NCBI GenBank assembly: GCA_965203485.1 | Contig: OZ241892.1 | Span: 2,560,001-2,624,000, forward strand | Direction: 5' to 3' | Length of the DNA: 64,000 nucleotides | Origin: Longimicrobiales bacterium | GTDB lineage: Bacteria > Gemmatimonadota > Gemmatimonadetes > Longimicrobiales > Gaopeijiaceae | Shown here: positions 21,905 through 32,079 of the stretch, piece by piece | How positions within the stretch are numbered: the first letter of the stretch is position 1 | Layout of the letters: every line of letters begins with the position of its first letter | Translations under genes and position numbers: made by a program | The notes under the pieces: generated by a model | Database searches by the model: none | Told to the model about the DNA's origin: nothing | Seen by the model: only the letters and a program-made list of their open reading frames with translations

Positions 21905-23242
21905 CTAGTAGAGGAGGTAGGGCCGGCGCCGGGCGAGGAAGCTGGCGGCGTCGGCTCCCCATCCGGCCGCGAGCTCCGCGTACGAGGCGCCGGCCTCCAC
22001 CGCCAAGCGAAGCTGGTCCGTGCCGGCCAAGCGGTCGAAGTGGCCGGGGCGCCACTGCCAGCGGGGCCCCGACATGGCCCGGGCCTCGGCGAGAACGGCG
22101 AGCGCGGCGAGCGTGGGGTCGTAGCCGGGACCGGTGGCGGAGAGGCGAACGCCCTGGGTGTCCACGCCCGCGAACTTGCCGTCGCCGGGGCTGGCCGGGG
22201 TGAAGCGGACGGGAGCGAACGACGCTTGGGGCAGCTCGAGCGCCGAGAGCCGCGCGGCGAGGACTTCGGCGTCGAGCCATGGCGCGCCCACTTGCTGGAA
22301 GGCGTTGGGCGTGCCTCGTCCCACGGACAGGTTGGTGCCCTCGAACAGGCAGGTTCCCGGGTAGTGGAGAGCGCTCTCGACCGACGGCATGTTGGGCGAC
22401 GGCGCGACCCAGGGGATGCCCGTCTCGCCGAAGCGCATCGAGCGCCGCCAGCCGTCGGCGACGACCACGCTCAGCGATGCGTCCACGCCGAACTCGCCCA
22501 CGGCCATGCGGGCGAACTCCCCCGCCGTGAGCCCATGCCGCATCGGCACGGGATACATGCCGACGAAGCTGGCGAAGGCGGGATCGAGCACGTTGCCTTG
22601 CACTTCTTCGCCGCCGACGGGGTTCGGCCGGTCCAGCACCACAAAGCGCACCCCTGCTTCGCCCGCGGCCTCCATCGCCAGCGCCATGGTGGAGAGATAG
22701 GTGTAGTAGCGGGCGCCCACGTCCTGGATGTCGAAGAGGAGCGCTTCGATGCCGTCCAGCATCGCCGGGGTCGGTTTGGTCGTCGCCCCGTAGAGCGAGT
22801 GGACGGGAAGCCCGGTCGCTTCGTCCACGCCCCCGGCGACCCGCTCGCCCGCCTCCGCCCGGCCCCTGATCCCGTGCTCGGGCGAGAACAGCGCGACGAG
22901 CTCGACGGCGGGATGGCCCGCCAGCAGGTCGATCGTCGAGGCGCCCGCCCGGTCGCGCCCGGTGTGGTTCGTGATCAGCCCGACCCGCCTGCCCTCCACG
23001 AGCGCGAGCGAGTCGGACAGCAGGACTTCCACGCCGGGCCGCGCGGCGCCTCCGTCCGCGTCCGGCCCAGCACATCCCAGCGCGGCCAACCCGGCGGCGG
23101 CCAACGCACCCGCGGCGGCCAGAAGCGCTTGGACGGCCCGGCCCCGGGGTGACCCGCACGGGCGGCGACCGACCGGACCGGCCGCCGCCACTAGCCCCGG
23201 CCCAGCATCTTCGGGCAAGTTATGTTGCTGGCTCGTCGCCAT
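21905..23242 (-). CDS. namZ: Exo-beta-N-acetylmuramidase NamZ (DUF1343), probable lipoprotein
   Basis: GLITNHTG, FSPEHG, FDIQDVGARYYTY, LDRPNP, RHGLTAGE, PSPNMP; ALGC lipobox-like. Start uncertain. Confidence 0.9.
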   Translation of the reverse strand: MATSQQHNLPEDAGPGLVAAAGPVGRRPCGSPRGRAVQALLAAAGALAAAGLAALGCAGPDADGGAARPGVEVLLSDSLALVEGRRVGLITNHTGRDRAGASTIDLLAGHPAVELVALFSPEHGIRGRAEAGERVAGGVDEATGLPVHSLYGATTKPTPAMLDGIEALLFDIQDVGARYYTYLSTMALAMEAAGEAGVRFVVLDRPNPVGGEEVQGNVLDPAFASFVGMYPVPMRHGLTAGEFARMAVGEFGVDASLSVVVADGWRRSMRFGETGIPWVAPSPNMPSVESALHYPGTCLFEGTNLSVGRGTPNAFQQVGAPWLDAEVLAARLSALELPQASFAPVRFTPASPGDGKFAGVDTQGVRLSATGPGYDPTLAALAVLAEARAMSGPRWQWRPGHFDRLAGTDQLRLAVEAGASYAELAAGWGADAASFLARRRPYLLY

Positions 23243-23303
23243 CCTCCGCCTCCCAGGCGGCCTCCCGGCACGGTGCTCCGCGCTCCGTCTTCCCTTGGCT
23301 CAC

Positions 23304-25283
23304 TTGTCTCCGAAACCTACCGCCGCCCTAACGCCCCACCCAACTTCCGCGCGGTCCGCCCCAGGCGCCCGGCGCACACATGGGAGCTGGACGCTCCCCC
23401 TCTCAAGCGGCCCGGCCAAGCGACCCGCAAGCGCGCTCCTGGCGCTCGTCCTGGTCGCTTCGGCGGCGTGCGCATCGCCCGGACGCGATGCGCCGTCCAG
23501 CTACGCGCCGGCGGACCAGGCGGACCCGGTCGCACCACCCGGCGCCGACGCCCCCGGACGGAACGCCGCCGAGCCGGACGCGCCGCTGTGGTACGACAAT
23601 CGCGGCTGGGCCGAACGGACCCTGGCCTCGCTCGCTCTCGAAGAAAAGGCGAGCCAGATGATGATGCCGATCCTGCTCGGAGGCTTCGCGCCGCTGGGCT
23701 CGCGGGCGCACGACCGCGCCAGAGAAGTGGTGGAGCGCCACGAAGTCGGCGGCGTCATCGTCTCGGTGGGCTCCCCGACCGAGGTCGCGGCCAAGCTCAA
23801 CTGGATGCAGTCGCTGGCGAAGCTGCCCCTGCTGGTCGCGTCGGACCTGGAGGGCGGCGCGGGCTTCCGATTCGGGGGGGTCCTGCACGCGCCGACCAAC
23901 ATCGGCCTCGGCGGGGCCACCCGGTTCCCGTCTCTGATGGCTCTCGGGGCCGCGGGCGAACCCGGCCTCGCCTACGAGATGGGCCGCGTCACGGCGTTGG
24001 AGGCGCGGGCGATCGGCGTGCACGTGGCCTTCGCGCCCGTGCTGGACGTGAACAACGACCCCGAGAACCCGGTCATCAACGTCCGCTCGCTGGGCGAGGA
24101 CCCGGAACGAGTGGCCAGTCTGGGGGCGGCGTTCGTGCGCGGCGTGCAGGAGCACGGCGCCATCGCGACGGCCAAGCACTTCCCCGGCCACGGCGACACC
24201 AGCACCGACTCGCATCTCGCCCTGCCGGTCATCCGCGTGACCCGCGAAAGGATGGACTCGGTCGAACTCCCGCCGTTCCAACGCGCCATCGACGCCGGCG
24301 TGGGCGGCGTCATGACGGCCCACGTCGCGGTCCCCGAAATCACGGGCGCGCGCACGCCGGCCACGCTCGAAAGCGCGGTGCTCACGGACATGCTGCGCGG
24401 CGAGATGCGGTTCGGCGGCCTCGTCTTCACGGACGCCATGGACATGTCCGCGGTGGACGCGGGATTCGAGCGCGGCGAAGCGGCGGTGCGGGCGGTGGAG
24501 GCCGGCGCCGACGTGATCCTGATGCCGCCCGACATCGCCGCCGCCCGCGACGGCATCGTGGCCGCCGTCCGCTCCGGCCGGCTCTCCGAGGAACGCGTCG
24601 ACGAGTCCGTGCTGCGCATCCTCCGCGCCAAGGAGCGTCTCGGCCTCGACCGCACCCGCATGGTGGACATCCCGAGCGTGCACAAGGTCGTGGGCATCGG
24701 GCCGCACCGGGCCGTCGCGCGGGAGGTGGCCGGGCGGTCGGTGGCCGTGCTGAAGGACGAGCGCGGTCTCCTGCCCCTGCGGGGGACGCCGGGGGCGCGG
24801 GTGTACTCGGTCGCGTACCGCCGGCCGCAGGACGTCCGCGCCGGACGCGCCTTCAACGCGCGGCTGCGGCAGACCTACCGCCGCCTCCGCACGGCCTTCG
24901 TCGACGCGGACACGAGGGCCGACGAGTACGCCCGCGTGCTGGACCGCGCTCGAAGCATGCAGTTGACGGTCGTGTCGCTGCACGTCGCCGTCCGCACGGC
25001 GTCGGGCACCGTGGCGCTGCCGGACGAGGCGGTGGACTTCGTGGCGGCGCTTGCGCGCTCCGGGACGCCGCACGTCGTCGTCGCCTTCGGCAATCCCTAC
25101 TTGCTCGACGAGTTCCCGGCGGTGCGGGCGTACGTGGCCGCGTGGAGCAGCGTGCCGGTCTCCGAGACGGCGGCCGCGGCGGCTCTCCTGGGCGAGTTCC
25201 CGGTGACGGGGCGGACGCCGGCGCGCATTTCGGGCATGGAGATCGGCAGCGGCCTGCAGATTCCAGCGCGACGGAGACGGTGA
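23304..25283 (+). CDS. nagZ: GH3 beta-N-acetylglucosaminidase (NagZ-like), probable lipoprotein
   Basis: DLEGG, APVLDVNNDP, KHFPGHGDTSTDSH, FTDAMDM, FGNPY; SAAC lipobox-like. Start uncertain. Confidence 0.88.
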   Translation: MSPKPTAALTPHPTSARSAPGARRTHGSWTLPLSSGPAKRPASALLALVLVASAACASPGRDAPSSYAPADQADPVAPPGADAPGRNAAEPDAPLWYDNRGWAERTLASLALEEKASQMMMPILLGGFAPLGSRAHDRAREVVERHEVGGVIVSVGSPTEVAAKLNWMQSLAKLPLLVASDLEGGAGFRFGGVLHAPTNIGLGGATRFPSLMALGAAGEPGLAYEMGRVTALEARAIGVHVAFAPVLDVNNDPENPVINVRSLGEDPERVASLGAAFVRGVQEHGAIATAKHFPGHGDTSTDSHLALPVIRVTRERMDSVELPPFQRAIDAGVGGVMTAHVAVPEITGARTPATLESAVLTDMLRGEMRFGGLVFTDAMDMSAVDAGFERGEAAVRAVEAGADVILMPPDIAAARDGIVAAVRSGRLSEERVDESVLRILRAKERLGLDRTRMVDIPSVHKVVGIGPHRAVAREVAGRSVAVLKDERGLLPLRGTPGARVYSVAYRRPQDVRAGRAFNARLRQTYRRLRTAFVDADTRADEYARVLDRARSMQLTVVSLHVAVRTASGTVALPDEAVDFVAALARSGTPHVVVAFGNPYLLDEFPAVRAYVAAWSSVPVSETAAAAALLGEFPVTGRTPARISGMEIGSGLQIPARRRR

Positions 25284-28200
25284 GCGGGCGGGAGAGTCCG
25301 TGCGGCATGCCGCGGCGCGCCTGGGTCGCGGCGGCGGGCTTGGCGGCTTCCGCGACGGCCTGGGGCTGCGGCGGCGGCCACCCGGTCGATTCGGCCAGCT
25401 CGCCGGCCGGCGTGGCGGCGCTGGACGCGGCATCGCGCCGGTGGGTCGACCAGACGCTGGCCGGGCTGGAGTTGCGCGAGGCCGCCGCCCAGCTCGTCAT
25501 CCCCTGGATTCCCGGCGGGTACGAGGCCGAGGGCGACCCGGGCTTCCAGCAGCTCCTCGACTGGGTGGACCAGGGCATCGGCGGCGTCTCGATCTCGATC
25601 GGCGTGCCGGACACCTACGCGGCCAAGCTGAACCGGCTACAGGCGCGGGCCCGCGTTCCCCTGCTGGCGACCTCCGACTTCGAGAACGGCGGCCCGGGGA
25701 TGCGCATCAACCACAGCTACGCCCTCCCGTCGCTGCTCCCCCAAGGCGGAGGATCGAGCTTTCCGCCGACGATGGCCTTCGGGGCAGCGGGCAGCGAGGA
25801 CTTGGTGTTCGACTTCGCGCGCGCGACCGCCGCCGAAGCGCGGGCGGTGGGCGTGCACTGGCTGTTCGCGCCGGTGCTGGACGTGAACAGCAATCCGGCG
25901 AATCCCGTCATCAACACCCGCTCGTTCGGCGAGGACGCCGAGCTGGTCGGCCGCCTGGGCGCCGCCTTCGTCCGGGGGGCGCGCAGCGGCGGAGCCCTGA
26001 CGACGGCCAAGCACTTCCCCGGCCACGGCGACACGCACGCGGACTCCCACGTCGAGCTGCCCGTCGTGACGGCGGACCGGGCGCGCCTGGACTCGGTCGA
26101 GCTGGCGCCGTTCCGCGCCGCGCTGGCCGCCGGAGCGGACGCGGTCATGACGGCCCACGTGGCCGTCCCCAACGTGCTCGGCGACGCCCGCCCCGCCACC
26201 ATGGCGCCGGAGTTCATGACGGGCCTGCTCCGAGACGAGATGGGCTTCGACGGCATCCTCTTCACCGACGCCTTGCGCATGGCGGCGATCACGGACGCCT
26301 ACGGCGCCGCCGAGGCCAGCGTCGCCGCGCTCCAAGCCGGCTCGGACGTGCTGCTCGCGCCCGCCGATCCGGCGGCGGCGATCGAAGCCGTCGCCCGAGC
26401 CGTGGAGACCGGCGTTCTCTCGCGCGGCCGCCTGGACCGCTCGGTCCGGCGCATCCTGGAGGCCAAGGCGCGGCTCGGGCTCCACCGGGAACGCTTCGTG
26501 GACCCCGCCGCCGTCGCCGACCGCGTGGGCGCCCCGGCGCACAGGGCTCTGGCCGAACGAGCCGCGGCCGAGTCGATGACGCTGGTGCGGGACCGGCACG
26601 GTCTGGTTCCCCTGCGGGACGGGCAGACCGTGCTGAGCGTCGCCTACGCGCGCCCGGCCGACCTGCTTGCGGGGCGGGCCTTCGACGCCGAGCTGAGGGC
26701 CGCGTCGGTCCAAGTCGCCAGCGCGCGGGTGGACCCGGACACGCCTTGGCCCGTGTACGACTCCCTGCTCCACGCCGCCCGCTCGGCGGACTTGGTGGTC
26801 GTGGGCGCGTACGTGCCGCCGCGTTCCGGCGCGGGGGCGTCCGTGCTGTCCGCCGCCTTCCGGGCGTTCCTCGGGAGCGCGGAGGACGCGGCGCGCGAGG
26901 CCGATGCCGCCCCGGCCGCGCGGGAGACGGGAGGCGGCAAGCTGGCGCTAATCTCGTTCGGGAGTCCCTACGTGTTGTCGGACGTGCCGGCCGTGGGCAC
27001 GTACATGGCGGCTTGGGGCGACCGCGAGGTCTCGCAGAGGGCCGCGGCGCGCTCGCTCGCGGGAACCGCCGCCGTGGCTGGACGCCTGCCCGTGTCGATC
27101 CCCGGGCTCCACGCGATCGGCGACGGGCTGGACAGGGCCGCGCGCCGCGTCGCGGACGCCGACGGGCGGGCGGCCCCCGATCCCCTGCAAGAAGCGGGGT
27201 TCGTGCCCGGCGCCCGGGGGCACGACCTCGCGGGCGCGTCCGAAGCGCAGGACACGACGGGAGGCCCGGGCCGATGGCGTCCCCAGGAACCGCTTCCGCC
27301 GTGCGGCGAAAGCGGCTCACCCGCCGACCCCGCGCACGGCGCCTCCGAATCCGCCGAGGCCGCCGCGACGGCCTCCCCCGTCCACGGCGACGCCGCCAAC
27401 GACCTCGCCGACCTCTTCTGCGCCCACGGCGAAATGGTCGTGTCGCCGCGCGAGAGCGATCCGTCCCTCGCGGGCATGAACGCCGACTCGCTCGCCGCGC
27501 TGGACCGGGCCATCCTGTCCGCATTGGCCGACTCCGCGGCGCCGGGCGCGGCGCTGGCCGTCGTGCGGCGCGGACGCTTGGTTCGGCTGCGCGGCTACGG
27601 CCGGCTCGACTGGCGCCCGAACGCACCGCCCGCGACCCCTGCTTCCATCTTCGACCTTGCGTCGCTCACCAAAGTGGTCGGCACCACGACGGCCGTCCTG
27701 ATCCTGGCGCAACGCGGGCTGCTCGACCTCGACGACCCCGTGGGCCGGCACCTGCCCTGGTGGGCCGGCGGCGATCCGGGCAAGGCCCGCGTCACGTTGC
27801 GCGACCTCCTCCTGCACCGCGCCGGACTGCCTCCGTTCCGCCGCTTCTTCCTGGAAATCGAAGGACGCCAAGCCTACGAGCGCGCCATCGCCGCCACGCC
27901 GCTGGACCACCCGCCCGGCGAGCGCGCGGTCTACTCGGACATCGGCCTCATGACGGCCGCCTTCGTCGCCGAGGCCGCTTCCGGCGCCGCCCTCGACGAC
28001 TTCCTCCGCTCAGAGGCGTGGCGCCCGCTGGGCATGGCCGACACCGGCTTCCGGCCGCCCCCCTCGCTCTGGCGCCGCGTGGCCACCACTGAAATCGACG
28101 AATCCTACCGCGGCATCCACGTGCACGGCGTGGTCCACGACGAGAACGCCCACGCCATCGGCGGCGTGGCCGGGCACGCGGGCCTCTTCAGCTCGGCTCG

Positions 28201-28666
28201 CGACTTGGCCGTCTTCGCGCAGATGATGCTCGACCGCGGCGTCGCCGGCCCCTGCACCGCCGACGCCGAGTCGGCCGTCCCCTGCCACAGGCCGCGCTTT
28301 CGCCCGGTCGCCGTCTTCGCCCCCGGCTGGGTGGACCGCGCCACGCGCCCGCCCTCGCCGGACGCGTCGAGCCGCGCGCTCGGCTGGGACACGCCCTCCG
28401 CCCGTTCCTCCGCAGGCGACTACTTGACCAGCCGCGCCTTCGGCCACACCGGCTACACCGGCACGTCCATCTGGATCGACCCGGCGCTCGACCTTGGCGT
28501 GGTCCTGCTCACCAACCGCGTCAACCCGACCCGCGAGAACGCCAAGCACGTCCCGTTGCGCCGCCGCGTCCACGACCTCGCCGCCACCGCCGTCACGGAC
28601 ACCCCGCCGCGCAGGCGCGAACCGGCGGCACCGACTAATCCCCCCGGCCCACCCGCCGCGCGGTGA
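25280..28666 (+). CDS. GH3 NagZ-like domain fused to a beta-lactamase-fold serine hydrolase (AmiE-like)
   Basis: KHFPGHGDTHADSH in the N-half; FDLASLTK (SxxK), YSD, GVVHDENA, GHAGLFS, FGHTGYTG in the C-half; GTGA overlap. Confidence 0.88.
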   Translation: MSGRESPCGMPRRAWVAAAGLAASATAWGCGGGHPVDSASSPAGVAALDAASRRWVDQTLAGLELREAAAQLVIPWIPGGYEAEGDPGFQQLLDWVDQGIGGVSISIGVPDTYAAKLNRLQARARVPLLATSDFENGGPGMRINHSYALPSLLPQGGGSSFPPTMAFGAAGSEDLVFDFARATAAEARAVGVHWLFAPVLDVNSNPANPVINTRSFGEDAELVGRLGAAFVRGARSGGALTTAKHFPGHGDTHADSHVELPVVTADRARLDSVELAPFRAALAAGADAVMTAHVAVPNVLGDARPATMAPEFMTGLLRDEMGFDGILFTDALRMAAITDAYGAAEASVAALQAGSDVLLAPADPAAAIEAVARAVETGVLSRGRLDRSVRRILEAKARLGLHRERFVDPAAVADRVGAPAHRALAERAAAESMTLVRDRHGLVPLRDGQTVLSVAYARPADLLAGRAFDAELRAASVQVASARVDPDTPWPVYDSLLHAARSADLVVVGAYVPPRSGAGASVLSAAFRAFLGSAEDAAREADAAPAARETGGGKLALISFGSPYVLSDVPAVGTYMAAWGDREVSQRAAARSLAGTAAVAGRLPVSIPGLHAIGDGLDRAARRVADADGRAAPDPLQEAGFVPGARGHDLAGASEAQDTTGGPGRWRPQEPLPPCGESGSPADPAHGASESAEAAATASPVHGDAANDLADLFCAHGEMVVSPRESDPSLAGMNADSLAALDRAILSALADSAAPGAALAVVRRGRLVRLRGYGRLDWRPNAPPATPASIFDLASLTKVVGTTTAVLILAQRGLLDLDDPVGRHLPWWAGGDPGKARVTLRDLLLHRAGLPPFRRFFLEIEGRQAYERAIAATPLDHPPGERAVYSDIGLMTAAFVAEAASGAALDDFLRSEAWRPLGMADTGFRPPPSLWRRVATTEIDESYRGIHVHGVVHDENAHAIGGVAGHAGLFSSARDLAVFAQMMLDRGVAGPCTADAESAVPCHRPRFRPVAVFAPGWVDRATRPPSPDASSRALGWDTPSARSSAGDYLTSRAFGHTGYTGTSIWIDPALDLGVVLLTNRVNPTRENAKHVPLRRRVHDLAATAVTDTPPRRREPAAPTNPPGPPAAR

Positions 28667-30099
28667 CCGCCTTCGGCGCGCCCGACCTGGCCGTTCTCGC
28701 GCTCTACCTGGGCGGCGTCGCGGCCTGGGGCGCGTGGCTCGGGCGCGGCAACGCCGGCGGCACCGACTACTTCCTGGGCAACCGCAACCTGCCGTGGTGG
28801 GCCGTCATGCTCTCCGTCGTGGCGACGGAAACGAGCACGCTCACCTTTCTGTCGATTCCCGGCGTCGCGTACCTGGGCACTCTCGCGTTTCTGCAACTGG
28901 CCCTCGGCTACCTGGCCGGACGCGCCGTGGTCGCCATGCTGCTCCTGCCGGCCTACTACCGGGGCCGTCTCTCGACCGCCTACGAGCTCCTCGGGGAGCG
29001 CTTCGGCGAGAACGCGCGTCGGTGCGCGTCGGGCGTCTTCATGGCCACGCGCCTGCTCGCCGACTCCGTGCGGCTGTTCGTCACCGCAATCCCGCTCGCG
29101 ATGATCACCGGCTGGCCCTACTGGCTCTCGATCGCGGTGATCGGGCTGGCCACGCTGGTCTACACGTACTTCGGCGGCATTCGGGCGGTGGTATGGGTGG
29201 ACGCGCTCCAGATGACGCTCTACGTGGCGGGCGGCCTCGTGGCGCTCTGGGTCCTGCACGGGGCGGTGGACGGCGGCTGGCCGGCAATGCTGTCCAGCGC
29301 GGGCGAGGCCGGGAAGCTGCGGACGCTCGATTTCGCGGCGTCGCTCTCCGTGCCCTACACGTTCTGGGCGGGCCTGGCGGGCGGGGCCTTCCTGTCCATG
29401 GCGTCGCACGGCGCCGACCAGCTCATCGTGCAGCGCCTGCTCGCGTGCAGGGACTTGCGGCAGAGCCGGCGCGCGCTGGTGGGAAGCGGCTTCGCGGTGA
29501 TCGCCCAGTTCGCGCTCTTCCTGATGGTCGGCATCGGGCTCTGGGCGTTCTACGACGGGCGCGCCTTCGAGCGGCCGGACGAGATCTTCGCGCTGTTCAT
29601 CGTGGAGGAGATGCCGACCGGCGTGCGCGGCCTGCTCATCGCGGGCGTGTTCGCGGCGGCGATGTCGTCGCTGTCGTCTTCGATCAACGCCCTGGCCTCC
29701 GCAAGCGCCTACGACTTCTGGGGGCCGCTGACGGGCCGGCGCGACGAGCGCTCGATGCTGTCGGCTGGGCGGGCCTTCACCTTGGCCTGGGCCGCCCTGC
29801 TCGCGTGCGGCGCGGTCGCCTTCGTGGCTCTGTCGAGGGGCAGCGCGGCCGTCGAGGTGGCGTTGAGCGTCGCGTCGATGGTGTACGGCGGGCTGCTGGC
29901 CGCGTTCGCGCTGGGCGTGCTCACGAGACGGGTCGGAGAGGCGGGCGCGATCGCCGGCTTGCTGGCCGGGGTGGCGGTGGTGGCGACGGTCTGGACCTTC
30001 GCGCGCGACGTGGTGGCGTGGCCCTGGTTCACGCCGCTGGGCTTGGCGGCCGGGCTCGCGGCCGGCCTGGCGGTCGGGCTTCTGGCGCGGCGTTCGTAG
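28663..30099 (+). CDS. Sodium:solute symporter
   Basis: DYFLGNR, SVVATETSTLTF, DQLIVQRLL, AAAMSSLSSSIN; many TM helices. Confidence 0.93.
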   Translation: MTAFGAPDLAVLALYLGGVAAWGAWLGRGNAGGTDYFLGNRNLPWWAVMLSVVATETSTLTFLSIPGVAYLGTLAFLQLALGYLAGRAVVAMLLLPAYYRGRLSTAYELLGERFGENARRCASGVFMATRLLADSVRLFVTAIPLAMITGWPYWLSIAVIGLATLVYTYFGGIRAVVWVDALQMTLYVAGGLVALWVLHGAVDGGWPAMLSSAGEAGKLRTLDFAASLSVPYTFWAGLAGGAFLSMASHGADQLIVQRLLACRDLRQSRRALVGSGFAVIAQFALFLMVGIGLWAFYDGRAFERPDEIFALFIVEEMPTGVRGLLIAGVFAAAMSSLSSSINALASASAYDFWGPLTGRRDERSMLSAGRAFTLAWAALLACGAVAFVALSRGSAAVEVALSVASMVYGGLLAAFALGVLTRRVGEAGAIAGLLAGVAVVATVWTFARDVVAWPWFTPLGLAAGLAAGLAVGLLARRS

Positions 30100-30102
30100 G
30101 GC

Positions 30103-31020
30103 GTGCCGGATTCGGCGCAGCGCTGGATCGGCGTGGACGGGGGCGGCACCTGCTGCCGCGCCGTGGTGGTGGACGCCGAGCGCCGCGAGCTGGGCCGGGC
30201 CAAGGGCGGTCCCGCGCTGATCGACCCTCTTCGGCCGGAGCGGGCCGCTCGAGTCGTGGCGGATCTGGCGCGGTCGGCGGCCGCGGCGGCGGGCGTCGAA
30301 GGACCGCTGCATGGCCTTTGGGCGGGCTTGGCAGGAGCGGGGCCGAGGGAGCCGCGCAAGGCCGTCCGCGACTTGTTGGTCCGGGCCGGAGTGGCGAAGG
30401 GCGTCGCCGTAGGCGGAGACGTGGAGGCGGCGCGGGCCGACGCGTTCGGCGACGGCCCGGGCATTCTCCTGGTCGTCGGCACGGGGTCGGTGGCGCTCGC
30501 TCGCGACCCCGACGGCGGCAAGGCGATCGTGGGCGGCTGGGGCGCCGCCCTGGACGACGACGGCAGCGGCTACCGGATCGGCCTGGACGGCCTGCGCGCC
30601 GTGATGCGCAGCGCCGACGGCCGGGCGCCGGCGACCAAACTCACCAAGGCGATGCTGGACGCCACCGCCGTGGACGAGCCGACCGGCTTGGTCGAGTGGG
30701 TGGCGGGTGCTTCCAAGCGGGACGTGGCGGCCCTGTGCGTCGCCGTAGGCCGGGCCTGGGAAGCGGGAGACCCCGCGGCGGTCGAAGTCGTCGAGCGGGC
30801 CCTCGCCGCCGTCCGCTCGCTCATCGAGACCGCCCTGGCCCGTACGTCCGGCTGGACGGCTCCTCCGCCGCTGGCGATGGTGGGCGGCGTCGTGCGCAAG
30901 GGCAGCGAGCTGCGAGCCCCCGTGCTCGGCGTCGCCTCGGCGCTCGGTTGCGCAGTTCGCCACGAGCCCGTGCTCGGCGAAAGAGGAGCCGCCGCCAAGG
31001 CGATCCAAGCGTTTCCGTAG
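30103..31020 (+). CDS. BadF/BadG-type sugar kinase (GlcNAc/MurNAc kinase-like)
   Basis: IGVDGGGT, GTGS, GGWG..L.DDGSGYRIG. Confidence 0.85.
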   Translation: MPDSAQRWIGVDGGGTCCRAVVVDAERRELGRAKGGPALIDPLRPERAARVVADLARSAAAAAGVEGPLHGLWAGLAGAGPREPRKAVRDLLVRAGVAKGVAVGGDVEAARADAFGDGPGILLVVGTGSVALARDPDGGKAIVGGWGAALDDDGSGYRIGLDGLRAVMRSADGRAPATKLTKAMLDATAVDEPTGLVEWVAGASKRDVAALCVAVGRAWEAGDPAAVEVVERALAAVRSLIETALARTSGWTAPPPLAMVGGVVRKGSELRAPVLGVASALGCAVRHEPVLGERGAAAKAIQAFP

Positions 31021-31222
31021 AAGACTCCATGGCTCAAGCCCCGCGCGGCAGGAAGACGGACAGACCCGCCAAGCCCCGACCCGGACCCCGTGCTAGCCCA
31101 CCGGATCGTCGGAGCCGCCAAGCCGCCCCTCGCGCCCGGCGACTCCGGTCGGCAAGATATGGGGTAGCTTGCTACAGAGACCTTCGACCGACCGAGGACC
31201 TTTCGCTTCGGAGACCAACACC

Positions 31223-31903
31223 ATGATGGACGACTGGCCACCGAGCCCAGAAACTCCGCTTCCCCACGCCACGGACGACGGACCGCCGCCCGGCGCTTCC
31301 GGCATGACGGCAGGCGACGAGGCTTCCCCAGCGGCCCGCTACGTCAAGATGCTGATCGCGAAGGCGGGATCGCACGGATGTCCCGACGCGGAACTGCTGG
31401 ACCGGATCGAGAGGGTCCTGGGCGAGCCGTGGACGAGGCGGGAGGGCGCCGGCGTCGTGGGGAGGCTCAAGACCAGCTATTTCGATATGCTTGTGGAGCA
31501 GGCGGGTGCCCAAGACGATCCAACCGCGGAGTTTCTGGACCGCGTCGAGCGGGCGTTGGCCGAGGCTCAACAAGCTCCTGGCAACGCCCCGCGGAACCGC
31601 AACTCGCGCCCGCGGTCCGAGCAACGTCCCGTCAACGAAAGGCGGCGGCGGCGACAGGGCACAGGTCATCCCGATGTTCCGCCGGGGCACTACCGAGGTC
31701 TTGGAGTGACCTCCGCGTACCGCAAGTTCATGGCCGAATTCGGGATGGGCTATTCACCGCCGCAAATTCGCAACGCGTTGCTTCAAGGCGGACTCGCCAA
31801 GGATCCGGCGAGCCTGCTGACCGCCGTTCACGGGATCAAGCGGCGCGACCGGATCAAAGCGGAACGGAAAAGATCTGCGACGGACGCCTCGGAACAATCC
31901 TGA
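31223..31903 (+). CDS. Hypothetical protein with a duplicated 27-aa helical module and a C-terminal HTH-like region
   Basis: GGAG upstream; internal repeat Y..ML...AG....P.AE.LDR.ER.L x2; basic C-terminus. Confidence 0.65.
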   Translation: MMDDWPPSPETPLPHATDDGPPPGASGMTAGDEASPAARYVKMLIAKAGSHGCPDAELLDRIERVLGEPWTRREGAGVVGRLKTSYFDMLVEQAGAQDDPTAEFLDRVERALAEAQQAPGNAPRNRNSRPRSEQRPVNERRRRRQGTGHPDVPPGHYRGLGVTSAYRKFMAEFGMGYSPPQIRNALLQGGLAKDPASLLTAVHGIKRRDRIKAERKRSATDASEQS

Positions 31904-32013
31904 GTTCGCACAGCGGCCGGAGGCGACCGCGCCCTGCCCTCCGCCTGCGCCCATTCCCCGCACCGGCGGGCGTCTCGGCTTGCGCCCACGCGGACCAGGA
32001 CGCCCGACAGAGT

Positions 32014-32072
32014 CTGCCATTTTGGCAGGATCCAGCGTCAATTCCGGCCGCCGTCCTGCCATTTCGGCAGGA
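32014..32072. promoter_or_regulatory. Two palindromic CTGCC-N5-GGCAG boxes, 42 bp apart
   Basis: CTGCCATTTTGGCAG (32014-32028) and TCCTGCCATTTCGGCAGGA (32054-32072). Confidence 0.7.
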
Positions 32073-32079
32073 ATTCGGC

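Noticed and set aside
27450..28666. Beta-lactamase (resistance) call for the serine-hydrolase domain
   Set aside because: The GH3 fusion and cluster context point to a muropeptide amidase or esterase instead.
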